Below are positions 19,119 through 27,458 of a stretch of DNA of 64,000 bases, piece after piece. Location of the stretch: contig CAYMFM010000001.1 in assembly GCA_964389685.1 (NCBI GenBank), forward strand, positions 143,579 through 207,578, read 5' to 3'. The stretch comes from an uncultured Rikenellaceae bacterium (GTDB lineage: Bacteria; Bacteroidota; Bacteroidia; Bacteroidales; VadinHA17). The notes below the pieces were generated by a model that had not been told where the DNA came from, ran no database searches, and saw only the letters and a list, made by a program, of their open reading frames with translations. A program made the translations under genes and the position numbers. Position 1 is the first letter of the stretch. The number at the start of each line of letters is the position of its first letter.

Positions 19119-19211
19119 TATCCTTTGCCGTAGGCACGCCTATAGCGCATCCTTCATCCATCCTGCCTGCCGGCAGGCATGGCATCCTTTATCCTTATAC
19201 AATCATCCTTA
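19119..19211 (-). repeat. Inverted counterpart array (ATCCTTY)n, interrupted by two palindromic inserts
   Basis: ATCCTTT, ATCCTTC, ATCCATC, ATCCTTT, ATCCTTA and ATCCTTA units; inserts near 19125-19147 and at 19162-19181. Confidence 0.85.
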
Positions 19212-19217
19212 GCTTTT

Positions 19218-20390
19218 ATGTCAAGCTCCACAACACTCCCTCTCTCCTGGTTCCGTGACCACTTCACGCAGGAGATCCTGCCATACTGGTTGAAGTCAGC
19301 TGTTGACCCGAATGGTTTTTACTATCCCAACCTGAGCCGGGACTGGAGCCGGACCGGTGAATCCGTTGGTACGCTGGTCAGCCAGTCCCGTTTGCTCTAT
19401 GTTTTTTCCAATGGGTACCGGGTGACACGGGATCCTGAAATAATAAAAACCATCAGATCGGGTGGATCTTTTTTAATCGATTGTTTCTATGATGAGGAAG
19501 AAGGCGGTTTTGTCTGGGCTTGTGACGAAAATGGTTCGAAAAAAGATTTTACAAAAGACGCATATGGTCATGCATTTACCGTTCTTGGACTGGTGAATGC
19601 TTTCAGAGCAATTAAAGAAGAGATCTTTCTGGAGAAAGCACTGGAAATTTTTGACCTGCTTGATACACGTTTTGCCGATGAACAGGGTGGAATCATCTGG
19701 AAAATGAGCCGGGATTGGAAGGATCTGGATACGAACCGTTCTCAGAATCCCATCATGCATACCTTCGAGGCATTGCTGGCATTACTGTCCATCGTAAATC
19801 AGGAAGACCAGCGGACAAGGATACAGAATAAATTATCGGATCTGAAGGATTTTCTCTTTTCACGTGTTCCATCTGGTGACCGGATCATCTTTCCGGAATT
19901 GTATAACAGATCGTGGGAACCGATACACTCCGGGAACGGTGGCTACATTTCAGTGGGTCACCTTTTTGAGTGGGCATTCCTGCTGTCAAAAGGAGTGAAG
20001 AAAGGCCTGCCCGATACCAATCTTATCCTGGCCGGTAAATTATTGGAAACTTGTCTCTCATTGGGTTATCAAAAAGAAAAGGGCTATATTAAAACCTGGA
20101 TTGATGAGACGGGGAAGGTGATCCGGGATGAGATATCCTGGTGGGAACAATCGGAAGGGTTACGGACCCTGCTGCATTTCATCATACAGTTCGACCGGAC
20201 GGATCTGAAGAACTTTTTTGATGCCATTTTTCATTTTGTTCAGGATCATTTTCTCGATCCGGTATATGGTGGATGGTTCACCAGTTTAGATCCCCTTGGT
20301 TTGCCGCTGGACACGAACAAGGGCTCGACATGGAAGCTCGATTATCATCAGACAGCACTCTGTATGGAAGCCATTAACTATTTGACCTAA
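19218..20390 (+). CDS. AGE-family (N-acylglucosamine/cellobiose 2-epimerase-like) protein
   Basis: QSRLLYVFS, DAYGHAF, NPIMHTFEA, GHLFEWA, WWEQSEG, YHQ; likely start MSSSTTLP at 19218; no signal peptide. Confidence 0.88.
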   Translation: MSSSTTLPLSWFRDHFTQEILPYWLKSAVDPNGFYYPNLSRDWSRTGESVGTLVSQSRLLYVFSNGYRVTRDPEIIKTIRSGGSFLIDCFYDEEEGGFVWACDENGSKKDFTKDAYGHAFTVLGLVNAFRAIKEEIFLEKALEIFDLLDTRFADEQGGIIWKMSRDWKDLDTNRSQNPIMHTFEALLALLSIVNQEDQRTRIQNKLSDLKDFLFSRVPSGDRIIFPELYNRSWEPIHSGNGGYISVGHLFEWAFLLSKGVKKGLPDTNLILAGKLLETCLSLGYQKEKGYIKTWIDETGKVIRDEISWWEQSEGLRTLLHFIIQFDRTDLKNFFDAIFHFVQDHFLDPVYGGWFTSLDPLGLPLDTNKGSTWKLDYHQTALCMEAINYLT

Positions 20391-20407
20391 AACCAATACG
20401 ACACATC

Positions 20408-22513
20408 ATGACCATCTGGGGATTGCATTTGCTTGACTTTATTCTGATCCTTTTGTTTATTGCTGTCATTTTGTGGTTGGGGAGAAGGGCTGCAAAAAAG
20501 AACAGGGATACAGAGGATTTTTTCCTGGCTGGCAGGAAACTCGGGAAATTTTACCAGTTTTTCCTGAATTTCGGGTGTTCCACAAATGCCGACCAGGCTG
20601 TGGCTGTCTCGAGGGAGGTCTACAGGCAGGGCATCGGGGGCATGTGGATCCAGTTCCTGGTCCTGTTTCTCACACCCTTCTACTGGTTTAGCACATTCTT
20701 TTTCAGGCGTGTCCGGCTGACAACCATCGGTGATTTCTTTTCCGAACGGTTCAGGAGCAAATTCCTGGGAGCTGCCTATGCCGTTTTTTTCCTGCTGCTC
20801 TCCGTTCTGGGAGGAGGTGTGGGTTATATGGTGGCCGCAAAGACCATGATGGCAATGACACCCAAACCGATTGAGTTATTTACTGAAGAGGAGCAGGCAA
20901 GCATTGCTCAGTTTCAGGAGTACCAGGAGCTGCAATCAAAAATAGACCAGGGTTTGACTGTAGGAGAACAGACCCGGTATACTGTGTTGAACGAGAAAAA
21001 CAAGCGTGGTGAGCTCCACTCGTTTGTCTCCTATACCGATCCACTATGGTTCTATTTTATCTATGCCCTTATCGTTGGTGTGTATACCATGCTTGGAGGA
21101 TTTCGTGCTGCCGCCATTACCGATGGAATACAGGGGATCCTGATCATTATCTTTTCGGCAATCCTGATCCCGGTCGGGCTATCCAGGATTGGTGGTTTCT
21201 CAGGCCTGCATGCCAGTGTTCCGGATTTTATGTTCGAATTGTTCGGATCCACCACCCTGAGTGAATATGCCTGGTATACCATTCTTGCCATGGTTCTGGC
21301 AAACCTGGTTTCCATCATTGCTGTTGCTTCCGGTATGCAGACAGCCGGATCGGCAACCAACGAAATGACTGCCCGCATCGGAATGATCGGTGGTATGTTT
21401 GCCAAACGAATTATCATGATATTCTGGGCGCTGGCTGGTTTGCTGGCCATCGGATTGTTTGCAGGGCAATTGCACGACCCGGACCTGATCTGGGGATTCA
21501 TGACCAAGAAGCTTCTTTTTCCGGGAGCCATCGGGCTGATGCTGATCGGTATACTGGCAGCAAACATGTCCACACTCGATGCCAGTTCCGTATCCTATTC
21601 CGCTTTGTTTATTAAGAATTTATATAAGCCGTTTGTGTCTGAGAAGTCAGAAAAACACTATCTCTTCATTGGAAGGCTTGTAATTGCATTTACGCTGCTG
21701 GGGGGAATTGTCGTTGCCCTTTTTGTCAATAACCTGCTGGAGCTGTACAAATACATCATTTCCATACCTGCCATATTTGGAGCATCGATCTGGCTGGGAT
21801 TCATCTGGCGCCGTTTAACCAAATGGGCGGTGATCATTCAGGTGATTCTCTGTGCTGTCATTTATGCTGTTATTCCTAACCTGTTCCAGGGTCTGGATTC
21901 AGTGAAATACAATGAGAAATTTTTAATCGAAACAGCACAGAAGCAAATCACAGTATCTACCGAAGCATTAACGGAGGATGTCCAGTCAGGACTTGCAGAT
22001 TATGTGGGGCAAAAAATTGAAAGGCAGCACGTTATACCACCGGTTGGAATATTGTTCGAACGGGTTGCCCGCATTGATCCTTCCGATCCGGAATCTGAAA
22101 AAGTGGGTATCGGAAGATTTGAGGCAGAGGTGTGGGTGCTGAGTTGGTTCGGGATCGACTTTACACACTTTAAAAAATCACAGCTGGTGGCAACACGGTT
22201 TTTCTTTGATGCCCTTTTTCCAATCGTCCTGCTGGTATTGCTTTCTATGGTAACCAAACCGGTGGATAACCGTTCGCTGAATCGGTTTTTTGCAAAAATG
22301 CATACACCCGTCCAGCCCACTGCAGAGGAGGAAGAAAAAGCCATTGAAGCTTCCATTAACAATCCCGAACAGATAGAAAAAAGAAAACTGTTTCCTGGTT
22401 CGCAATGGGAACTGATGAAGCCAGGCAGATTGGATTATATTGGATTTGGCGGTAGCTGGATCCTGGTGGGGTTAGTCATTTTCCTCCTCTGGTTGATGGT
22501 GACGATACGATGA
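20408..22513 (+). CDS. Sodium:solute symporter family transporter (long variant)
   Basis: FFLAGRKLG, TDGIQG, AANMSTLDA; many TM segments; 701 aa. Confidence 0.9.
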   Translation: MTIWGLHLLDFILILLFIAVILWLGRRAAKKNRDTEDFFLAGRKLGKFYQFFLNFGCSTNADQAVAVSREVYRQGIGGMWIQFLVLFLTPFYWFSTFFFRRVRLTTIGDFFSERFRSKFLGAAYAVFFLLLSVLGGGVGYMVAAKTMMAMTPKPIELFTEEEQASIAQFQEYQELQSKIDQGLTVGEQTRYTVLNEKNKRGELHSFVSYTDPLWFYFIYALIVGVYTMLGGFRAAAITDGIQGILIIIFSAILIPVGLSRIGGFSGLHASVPDFMFELFGSTTLSEYAWYTILAMVLANLVSIIAVASGMQTAGSATNEMTARIGMIGGMFAKRIIMIFWALAGLLAIGLFAGQLHDPDLIWGFMTKKLLFPGAIGLMLIGILAANMSTLDASSVSYSALFIKNLYKPFVSEKSEKHYLFIGRLVIAFTLLGGIVVALFVNNLLELYKYIISIPAIFGASIWLGFIWRRLTKWAVIIQVILCAVIYAVIPNLFQGLDSVKYNEKFLIETAQKQITVSTEALTEDVQSGLADYVGQKIERQHVIPPVGILFERVARIDPSDPESEKVGIGRFEAEVWVLSWFGIDFTHFKKSQLVATRFFFDALFPIVLLVLLSMVTKPVDNRSLNRFFAKMHTPVQPTAEEEEKAIEASINNPEQIEKRKLFPGSQWELMKPGRLDYIGFGGSWILVGLVIFLLWLMVTIR

Positions 22514-22558
22514 ATGAAATGTGTATTATTGCATTTATTCAAGTTGATATTTACTGTT

Positions 22559-22594
22559 GTCCCCCTTTTCAGAAAAGGGGGATAAAGGGGGATT
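22559..22594. repeat. REP-like hairpin / possible terminator
   Basis: TCCCCCTTTTCAGAAAAGGGGGA followed by TAAAGGGGGATT. Confidence 0.6.
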
Positions 22595-22639
22595 TTAAAA
22601 AAGCCCGACATAAAATATAAGCGCAAGCCAATTCACTGA

Positions 22640-24490
22640 ATGATGAAATTAACACTCTTTTATTTTGCACTACTCACATTCATTTTAACCGGTTCTTCGT
22701 GCCGGCAAAAAACAGGGCAATGTGTGGTCACAGGGGAACTGAAGAAATGGCATAAGGTGACATTGACCGTTACAGGACCACCGGTTCATGAACTGGATAC
22801 GCCCAACCCCTTTCTTGATTACAGGCTTAATGTGAATTTCAAACATGAAAACAGGAAATACCTGGTTCCTGGTTTCTATTCAGCAGACGGGAATGCGGCA
22901 CAATCAGGTGCTTCCAAAGGTGAAAAATGGCAGGTCAGGTTTGTCCCGGATCAGGAAGGCAGGTGGGAATATATTGTATCATTCAGAAAAGGGGAAAGCA
23001 TAGCCATCAGTGATGATCCCAATACCGGAGAACCAGCAGGATTCGATGGTTTAGAAGGATCGTTCATCATCGGACCAACCGACAAAGAAGGAAGGGATCT
23101 GCGGGCTAAAGGTAAACTCCGGTATATTGGTGAACGATACCTTCACTTCGCGGAGACAGGAGAATATTTTCTGAAAGGCGGGGCGGACAGTCCCGAGAAT
23201 TTCCTGGCTTATGTTGATTTTGATGATACCTATTTCTCTGGTGATGAAATGAAAAGGAGCGGGGAAGCAACACCCAATATAAACCTGCATCGATATTCCA
23301 ACCATCTGAAAGACTGGAATCCGGGGGATCCGAGCTGGCAGGACAACAAGGGGAAGAGCATTATTGGTGCCCTGAATTACCTTGCATCTGAAGGAATGAA
23401 TTCTGTTTATTTCCTGACCCTGAATATCCAGGGTGACGGGAATGATGTCTGGCCCTATACCTCTCCTGATGAACGATACCGGTTCGATTGCAGCAAGCTG
23501 GATCAATGGGAGATCGTTTTCAGCCATATGGATAAGCTTGGGATAATGCTGCATATCGTCACCCAGGAGACTGAAAATGAGACCCTGCTTGACAATGGTG
23601 ATACCGGTATTCAGCGAAAGCTGTATTACCGTGAACTGCTTGCACGGTTCAGCCACCACCTTGCCGTTACGTGGAATATGGGTGAGGAGAACGGACCTGC
23701 TGATTTTACCTCCGGAGGACAGTCGATTGAGCAACAAAAAGCGATGACCCGATACATGAAAGAGCATGATCCGTATGAGAATTTTGTGGTTATCCACACC
23801 CATTCAAACCCGAAATACCGGTACAGGATCTTTGACCAGTTGACTGGCTATGCTTACCTTGATGGACCTTCTATACAGGTGGGTAACTTAATGAATGCTC
23901 ATGAAGAAACATTGGTCTGGCTTGAAAAATCATCGAATGCGAAGAAGCAGTGGGTTGTGAATGTTGATGAGATCGGACCTGCCAGCAGGGGTGTTGATCC
24001 GGATGACCGGCAACCCAATAACCTGGATAGCGTCAGGCGTTATGTTCTCTGGGCAAACCTGATGGCCGGAGGAGGTGGTGTGGAATGGTATTTTGGATAC
24101 GATAATCATGATAATGACCTGAACTGTGAAGACTGGCGTTCCCGTGACCATCTTTGGGGACAGACCAGAATTGCACTGGAGTTTTTTCACCACTATTTAC
24201 CATTCCAGGAGATGGTGAGCATGGATACACTGACGACATCTGAAACCGATTATTGCCTGGCACGCCCTGGTAACATCTATGCCATCTATCTGCCTGATGG
24301 GGGAACAACCGATTTGGATCTTTCAGACAGTAACGAACGATTTACTGTCAGATGGTTTAATACAAGGGCAGGTGGAGAGATGATCCTGGGATCGGTGACC
24401 GAAATAAAGGGAGGAACTGTTGTGTCCCTCGGGGATCCTCCGGAGCATAGTGAAAAAGACTGGGCAGTGTTGATCGAACGAGTCAATTGA
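22640..24490 (+). CDS. DUF5060-domain lipoprotein (glycoside-hydrolase-like TIM barrel with C-terminal beta domain)
   Basis: Lipobox GSSC; GELKKWHKVTL, NPFLDYRL, GGADSPENFL, WNMGEEN, GGGGVEWYFG. Confidence 0.78.
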   Translation: MMKLTLFYFALLTFILTGSSCRQKTGQCVVTGELKKWHKVTLTVTGPPVHELDTPNPFLDYRLNVNFKHENRKYLVPGFYSADGNAAQSGASKGEKWQVRFVPDQEGRWEYIVSFRKGESIAISDDPNTGEPAGFDGLEGSFIIGPTDKEGRDLRAKGKLRYIGERYLHFAETGEYFLKGGADSPENFLAYVDFDDTYFSGDEMKRSGEATPNINLHRYSNHLKDWNPGDPSWQDNKGKSIIGALNYLASEGMNSVYFLTLNIQGDGNDVWPYTSPDERYRFDCSKLDQWEIVFSHMDKLGIMLHIVTQETENETLLDNGDTGIQRKLYYRELLARFSHHLAVTWNMGEENGPADFTSGGQSIEQQKAMTRYMKEHDPYENFVVIHTHSNPKYRYRIFDQLTGYAYLDGPSIQVGNLMNAHEETLVWLEKSSNAKKQWVVNVDEIGPASRGVDPDDRQPNNLDSVRRYVLWANLMAGGGGVEWYFGYDNHDNDLNCEDWRSRDHLWGQTRIALEFFHHYLPFQEMVSMDTLTTSETDYCLARPGNIYAIYLPDGGTTDLDLSDSNERFTVRWFNTRAGGEMILGSVTEIKGGTVVSLGDPPEHSEKDWAVLIERVN

Positions 24491-24582
24491 TGAAAATTTC
24501 AGGCCGCTCCCAGCCGGGCAGGCCTACGGAGCTCTGATAATATTTCAATCTGAATCAATTAGTAGACACAGTAAAAAACATA

Positions 24583-26175
24583 ATGGAAATCGAAATAAAA
24601 ACCGGGAAACCTGAATTTGACAGTTTCTATCCGCTGGTCAAATCCTTTCTTGAAAAAGATGTGCTGGAAGTCAATATCGATGGACAGAAGATCCGGGGAT
24701 ACCGCTCACCGGATACGCGGTCAATATGGATCAGGGATTATTCTGATATTCTGCGCGCTGTAAAATATTTTGAACATGACCTGACCAGCACCATTCGTCA
24801 TTTTGCTGATAATCAAAATAGACAGGGACGGATTTTTGATTATTTTACCACCTTCCCTGAAAAACTTCCGTGCGAGAAGGAGAACTGGACAAAATATGTC
24901 AGGGTACCCGTAGAAGCGGATGTTGAATACCGGTTTGTAAAAGCAACATACCTTGCCTGGCAGGCAACCGGTGATGATGAATTCCTCCAGGAGATGATCC
25001 CTTCCCTGGAAAAGGCATTGACCTATGTATTGCATCATTCGCCCTATTGGGATAAAAAGGCAGGCCTGGTAAAAAGACCCTATACGATCGACACCTGGGA
25101 TTTTGCATATAACGCTGGAAAACACGAATGGCTGCAGTTTCAAATCGATGATGATACCTTCTGGGGCTTCATGCACGGGGATAACAGCGGGTATTATGAA
25201 GCCTTTCTGATCATGTCCCTTTTCCATGATTATTTTACCAGAAGCGGATTAGCCGACCAATGGAGAGCAAGGGCAGCTGCGTTACGCGAAGCGATGAACA
25301 GAACGTGTTGGAACGGTTCATATTATACCCATTTTGTGAAAATCGATCCGGTATCCATTCCGGGAGTGGAAGAATCCGTTCAGCTTAGCCTGAGCAATCC
25401 GATGAATATCAACCGGGGAGTTGCCAGCCACGAAATGGCGCGGTCCATCATTCAGGAATACCGGAAACGACATGCAGAAAAGGCCAGTTTTGCTGAATGG
25501 TACTCCATTGACCCACCCTTTCCGGATGGGATCTTCGGTGACGATAAACTGGTGAAAGGCGCTTACGTCAATGGCGGAATCATGCCCATAGTAGGAGGAG
25601 AACTTGCCCGTGCAGCATTCGATCATGGTTTTGAGGAGTATGCAATCAGTATATTAAAACAATATTACCGGATGATTTCCGAGACGGGCGAAACCTACCT
25701 CTGGTATTTTCCGGATGGAAAACCATCCTCCGTGGAAACCAGTACAAGTCCGGATGCAGAACCCACTGACGGCTGGGGCTCCAGCGCAATGCTCCATGCA
25801 CTCATTGAAGGATTGGCAGGAGTTACCGATCACCATAAAATGTTGCAAAAAATTGAGCTCTCACCGCGATGGTATGCTGCCTGTATCTCCAGGGCGGAGG
25901 TGAAGGTTAGTTATGCAGCTTCCGGTTGTAGTATTCGTTATTCCTATGTTTTGCAAGAGAACCGCTTGTTATTGGAGGTGGAAGCCACCGCTACCGAAGT
26001 TGATTTTCATGTCTTGATACCGGAGACTTCATCCGTATCCCGGGTTGAAGCGAACGGAACAGCTATATTCTTCAGAATGATCCTTATTGAAAAAAGCAAT
26101 TACGTTGATTTTACAGTCAATATTAAGAAAAAGAGCACCATTAAAATTAATTTAGTGAGGAAAGAAAATGAATAG
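24583..26175 (+). CDS. Cytoplasmic six-hairpin glycosidase-like protein (family not assigned)
   Basis: WIRD, EADVEY, DTWDF, YVNGG and DGWGSSA acidic/aromatic motifs of (alpha/alpha)6 hydrolases; no signal peptide. Confidence 0.55.
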   Translation: MEIEIKTGKPEFDSFYPLVKSFLEKDVLEVNIDGQKIRGYRSPDTRSIWIRDYSDILRAVKYFEHDLTSTIRHFADNQNRQGRIFDYFTTFPEKLPCEKENWTKYVRVPVEADVEYRFVKATYLAWQATGDDEFLQEMIPSLEKALTYVLHHSPYWDKKAGLVKRPYTIDTWDFAYNAGKHEWLQFQIDDDTFWGFMHGDNSGYYEAFLIMSLFHDYFTRSGLADQWRARAAALREAMNRTCWNGSYYTHFVKIDPVSIPGVEESVQLSLSNPMNINRGVASHEMARSIIQEYRKRHAEKASFAEWYSIDPPFPDGIFGDDKLVKGAYVNGGIMPIVGGELARAAFDHGFEEYAISILKQYYRMISETGETYLWYFPDGKPSSVETSTSPDAEPTDGWGSSAMLHALIEGLAGVTDHHKMLQKIELSPRWYAACISRAEVKVSYAASGCSIRYSYVLQENRLLLEVEATATEVDFHVLIPETSSVSRVEANGTAIFFRMILIEKSNYVDFTVNIKKKSTIKINLVRKENE

Positions 26176-27448
26176 AAATCAGTTTCTTACTACCCTGGGT
26201 ACACTTACCGGAGGAACATTGCTGGCAAGACCCGCTCTGGCTGACTGTTTGCTCCCGGGTGAACAGGCAAAAAAGATTACCGATGAAACATCCTTCTGGA
26301 AGTTTGTTAGAGAACAGTTTCTTTTTCCTGAAGACTACAGCTACCTGAACACTGGTGGAATTGGTGCGGTGCCCCTCCTTGTCCTGAATCGTGTAAAAAC
26401 ATCGATGGATAAAATGGAAATTTATCCCAGGCCCGGACATGATCATGAAAAGTGGCTCATGGCAAAAGAGACCTGCTGCAAATTGCTCGGGGATGATTGT
26501 GTTAAAGAAGAGCTGGCTTTTACCAGCACGGCAACCGAGGGGATCAACATCGTTATTAACGGATTGCATTTAGAACCTGGCGATGAAGTGATAACCTCCA
26601 CCCACGAACATCCTGCACTCCATATTCCATTACTAAACCAGGTAAAAAGCAGGGGAGTCGTATTACGAACTTTTCATCCTGACATGGAAAACGGTTACGG
26701 AAATGTTCAGCGGATCAGTGAATTGATCACACGCAAGACCAGGCTTATTTTCATCAGCCATGTTACATGCACAACAGGACAGGTTTTTCCCATCAAAGAG
26801 ATTGCAGGCCTGGCAAAATCAAAGGGGATCCTGTTTGCTGTCGATGGAGCGCAGGCAGTTGGTCAAATACCGGTTGACCTCAAAAATTTTGGTGTTGACT
26901 GTTATACTTTTAGCGGACACAAATGGATGCTTGGTCCTAAACGTACGGGTGTTCTGTTTGTAAACAACAACAAACTGGAAGCCATCCAACCGGTAACCGT
27001 TGGAGCATATTCGGATGACGGGTATGATACTGAATCCAGAATATTAACATATCATCCTACTGCTCAGCGGTTTGAATACGGTACACAGAATGAATCACTC
27101 TTTCATGGTTTTCAGGAAGGAGCTGAGTTTATCCTGACCATAGGGCTCCAACGGATTATCGAACGAAACAGGAAAATGGCTGAGGCATTCTATCATGGAT
27201 TGGAAAATCTTTCAGCAATAACAATCCTCTCCCCCGAAGAGGAGAAATACCGCTCATCAATGATCACCTTCAAAAGCAAATCACATGATAACGGAGAGAT
27301 AGCGTCCTATCTGTCCGGGAAGAGGATCCGCGTACGGGTTGTGAATGAAGCCAACCTGGGAGGGATCAGGGTCTCCTTCCATCTCTATAATGATGATTCA
27401 GATGTGGAAAAGATCCTGTCGGAGATTGAAAAATTTGTTACTGCGTAA
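26168..27448 (+). CDS. Class V PLP-dependent aminotransferase/lyase-like protein with a Tat-like leader
   Basis: YLNTGG, ATEG, HEHPA, DGAQ, SGHKW (PLP Lys), RFEYGT, RVSFHLYN; leader MNRNQFL...PALA. Confidence 0.88.
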   Translation: MNRNQFLTTLGTLTGGTLLARPALADCLLPGEQAKKITDETSFWKFVREQFLFPEDYSYLNTGGIGAVPLLVLNRVKTSMDKMEIYPRPGHDHEKWLMAKETCCKLLGDDCVKEELAFTSTATEGINIVINGLHLEPGDEVITSTHEHPALHIPLLNQVKSRGVVLRTFHPDMENGYGNVQRISELITRKTRLIFISHVTCTTGQVFPIKEIAGLAKSKGILFAVDGAQAVGQIPVDLKNFGVDCYTFSGHKWMLGPKRTGVLFVNNNKLEAIQPVTVGAYSDDGYDTESRILTYHPTAQRFEYGTQNESLFHGFQEGAEFILTIGLQRIIERNRKMAEAFYHGLENLSAITILSPEEEKYRSSMITFKSKSHDNGEIASYLSGKRIRVRVVNEANLGGIRVSFHLYNDDSDVEKILSEIEKFVTA

Positions 27449-27458
27449 AATAAAATGT

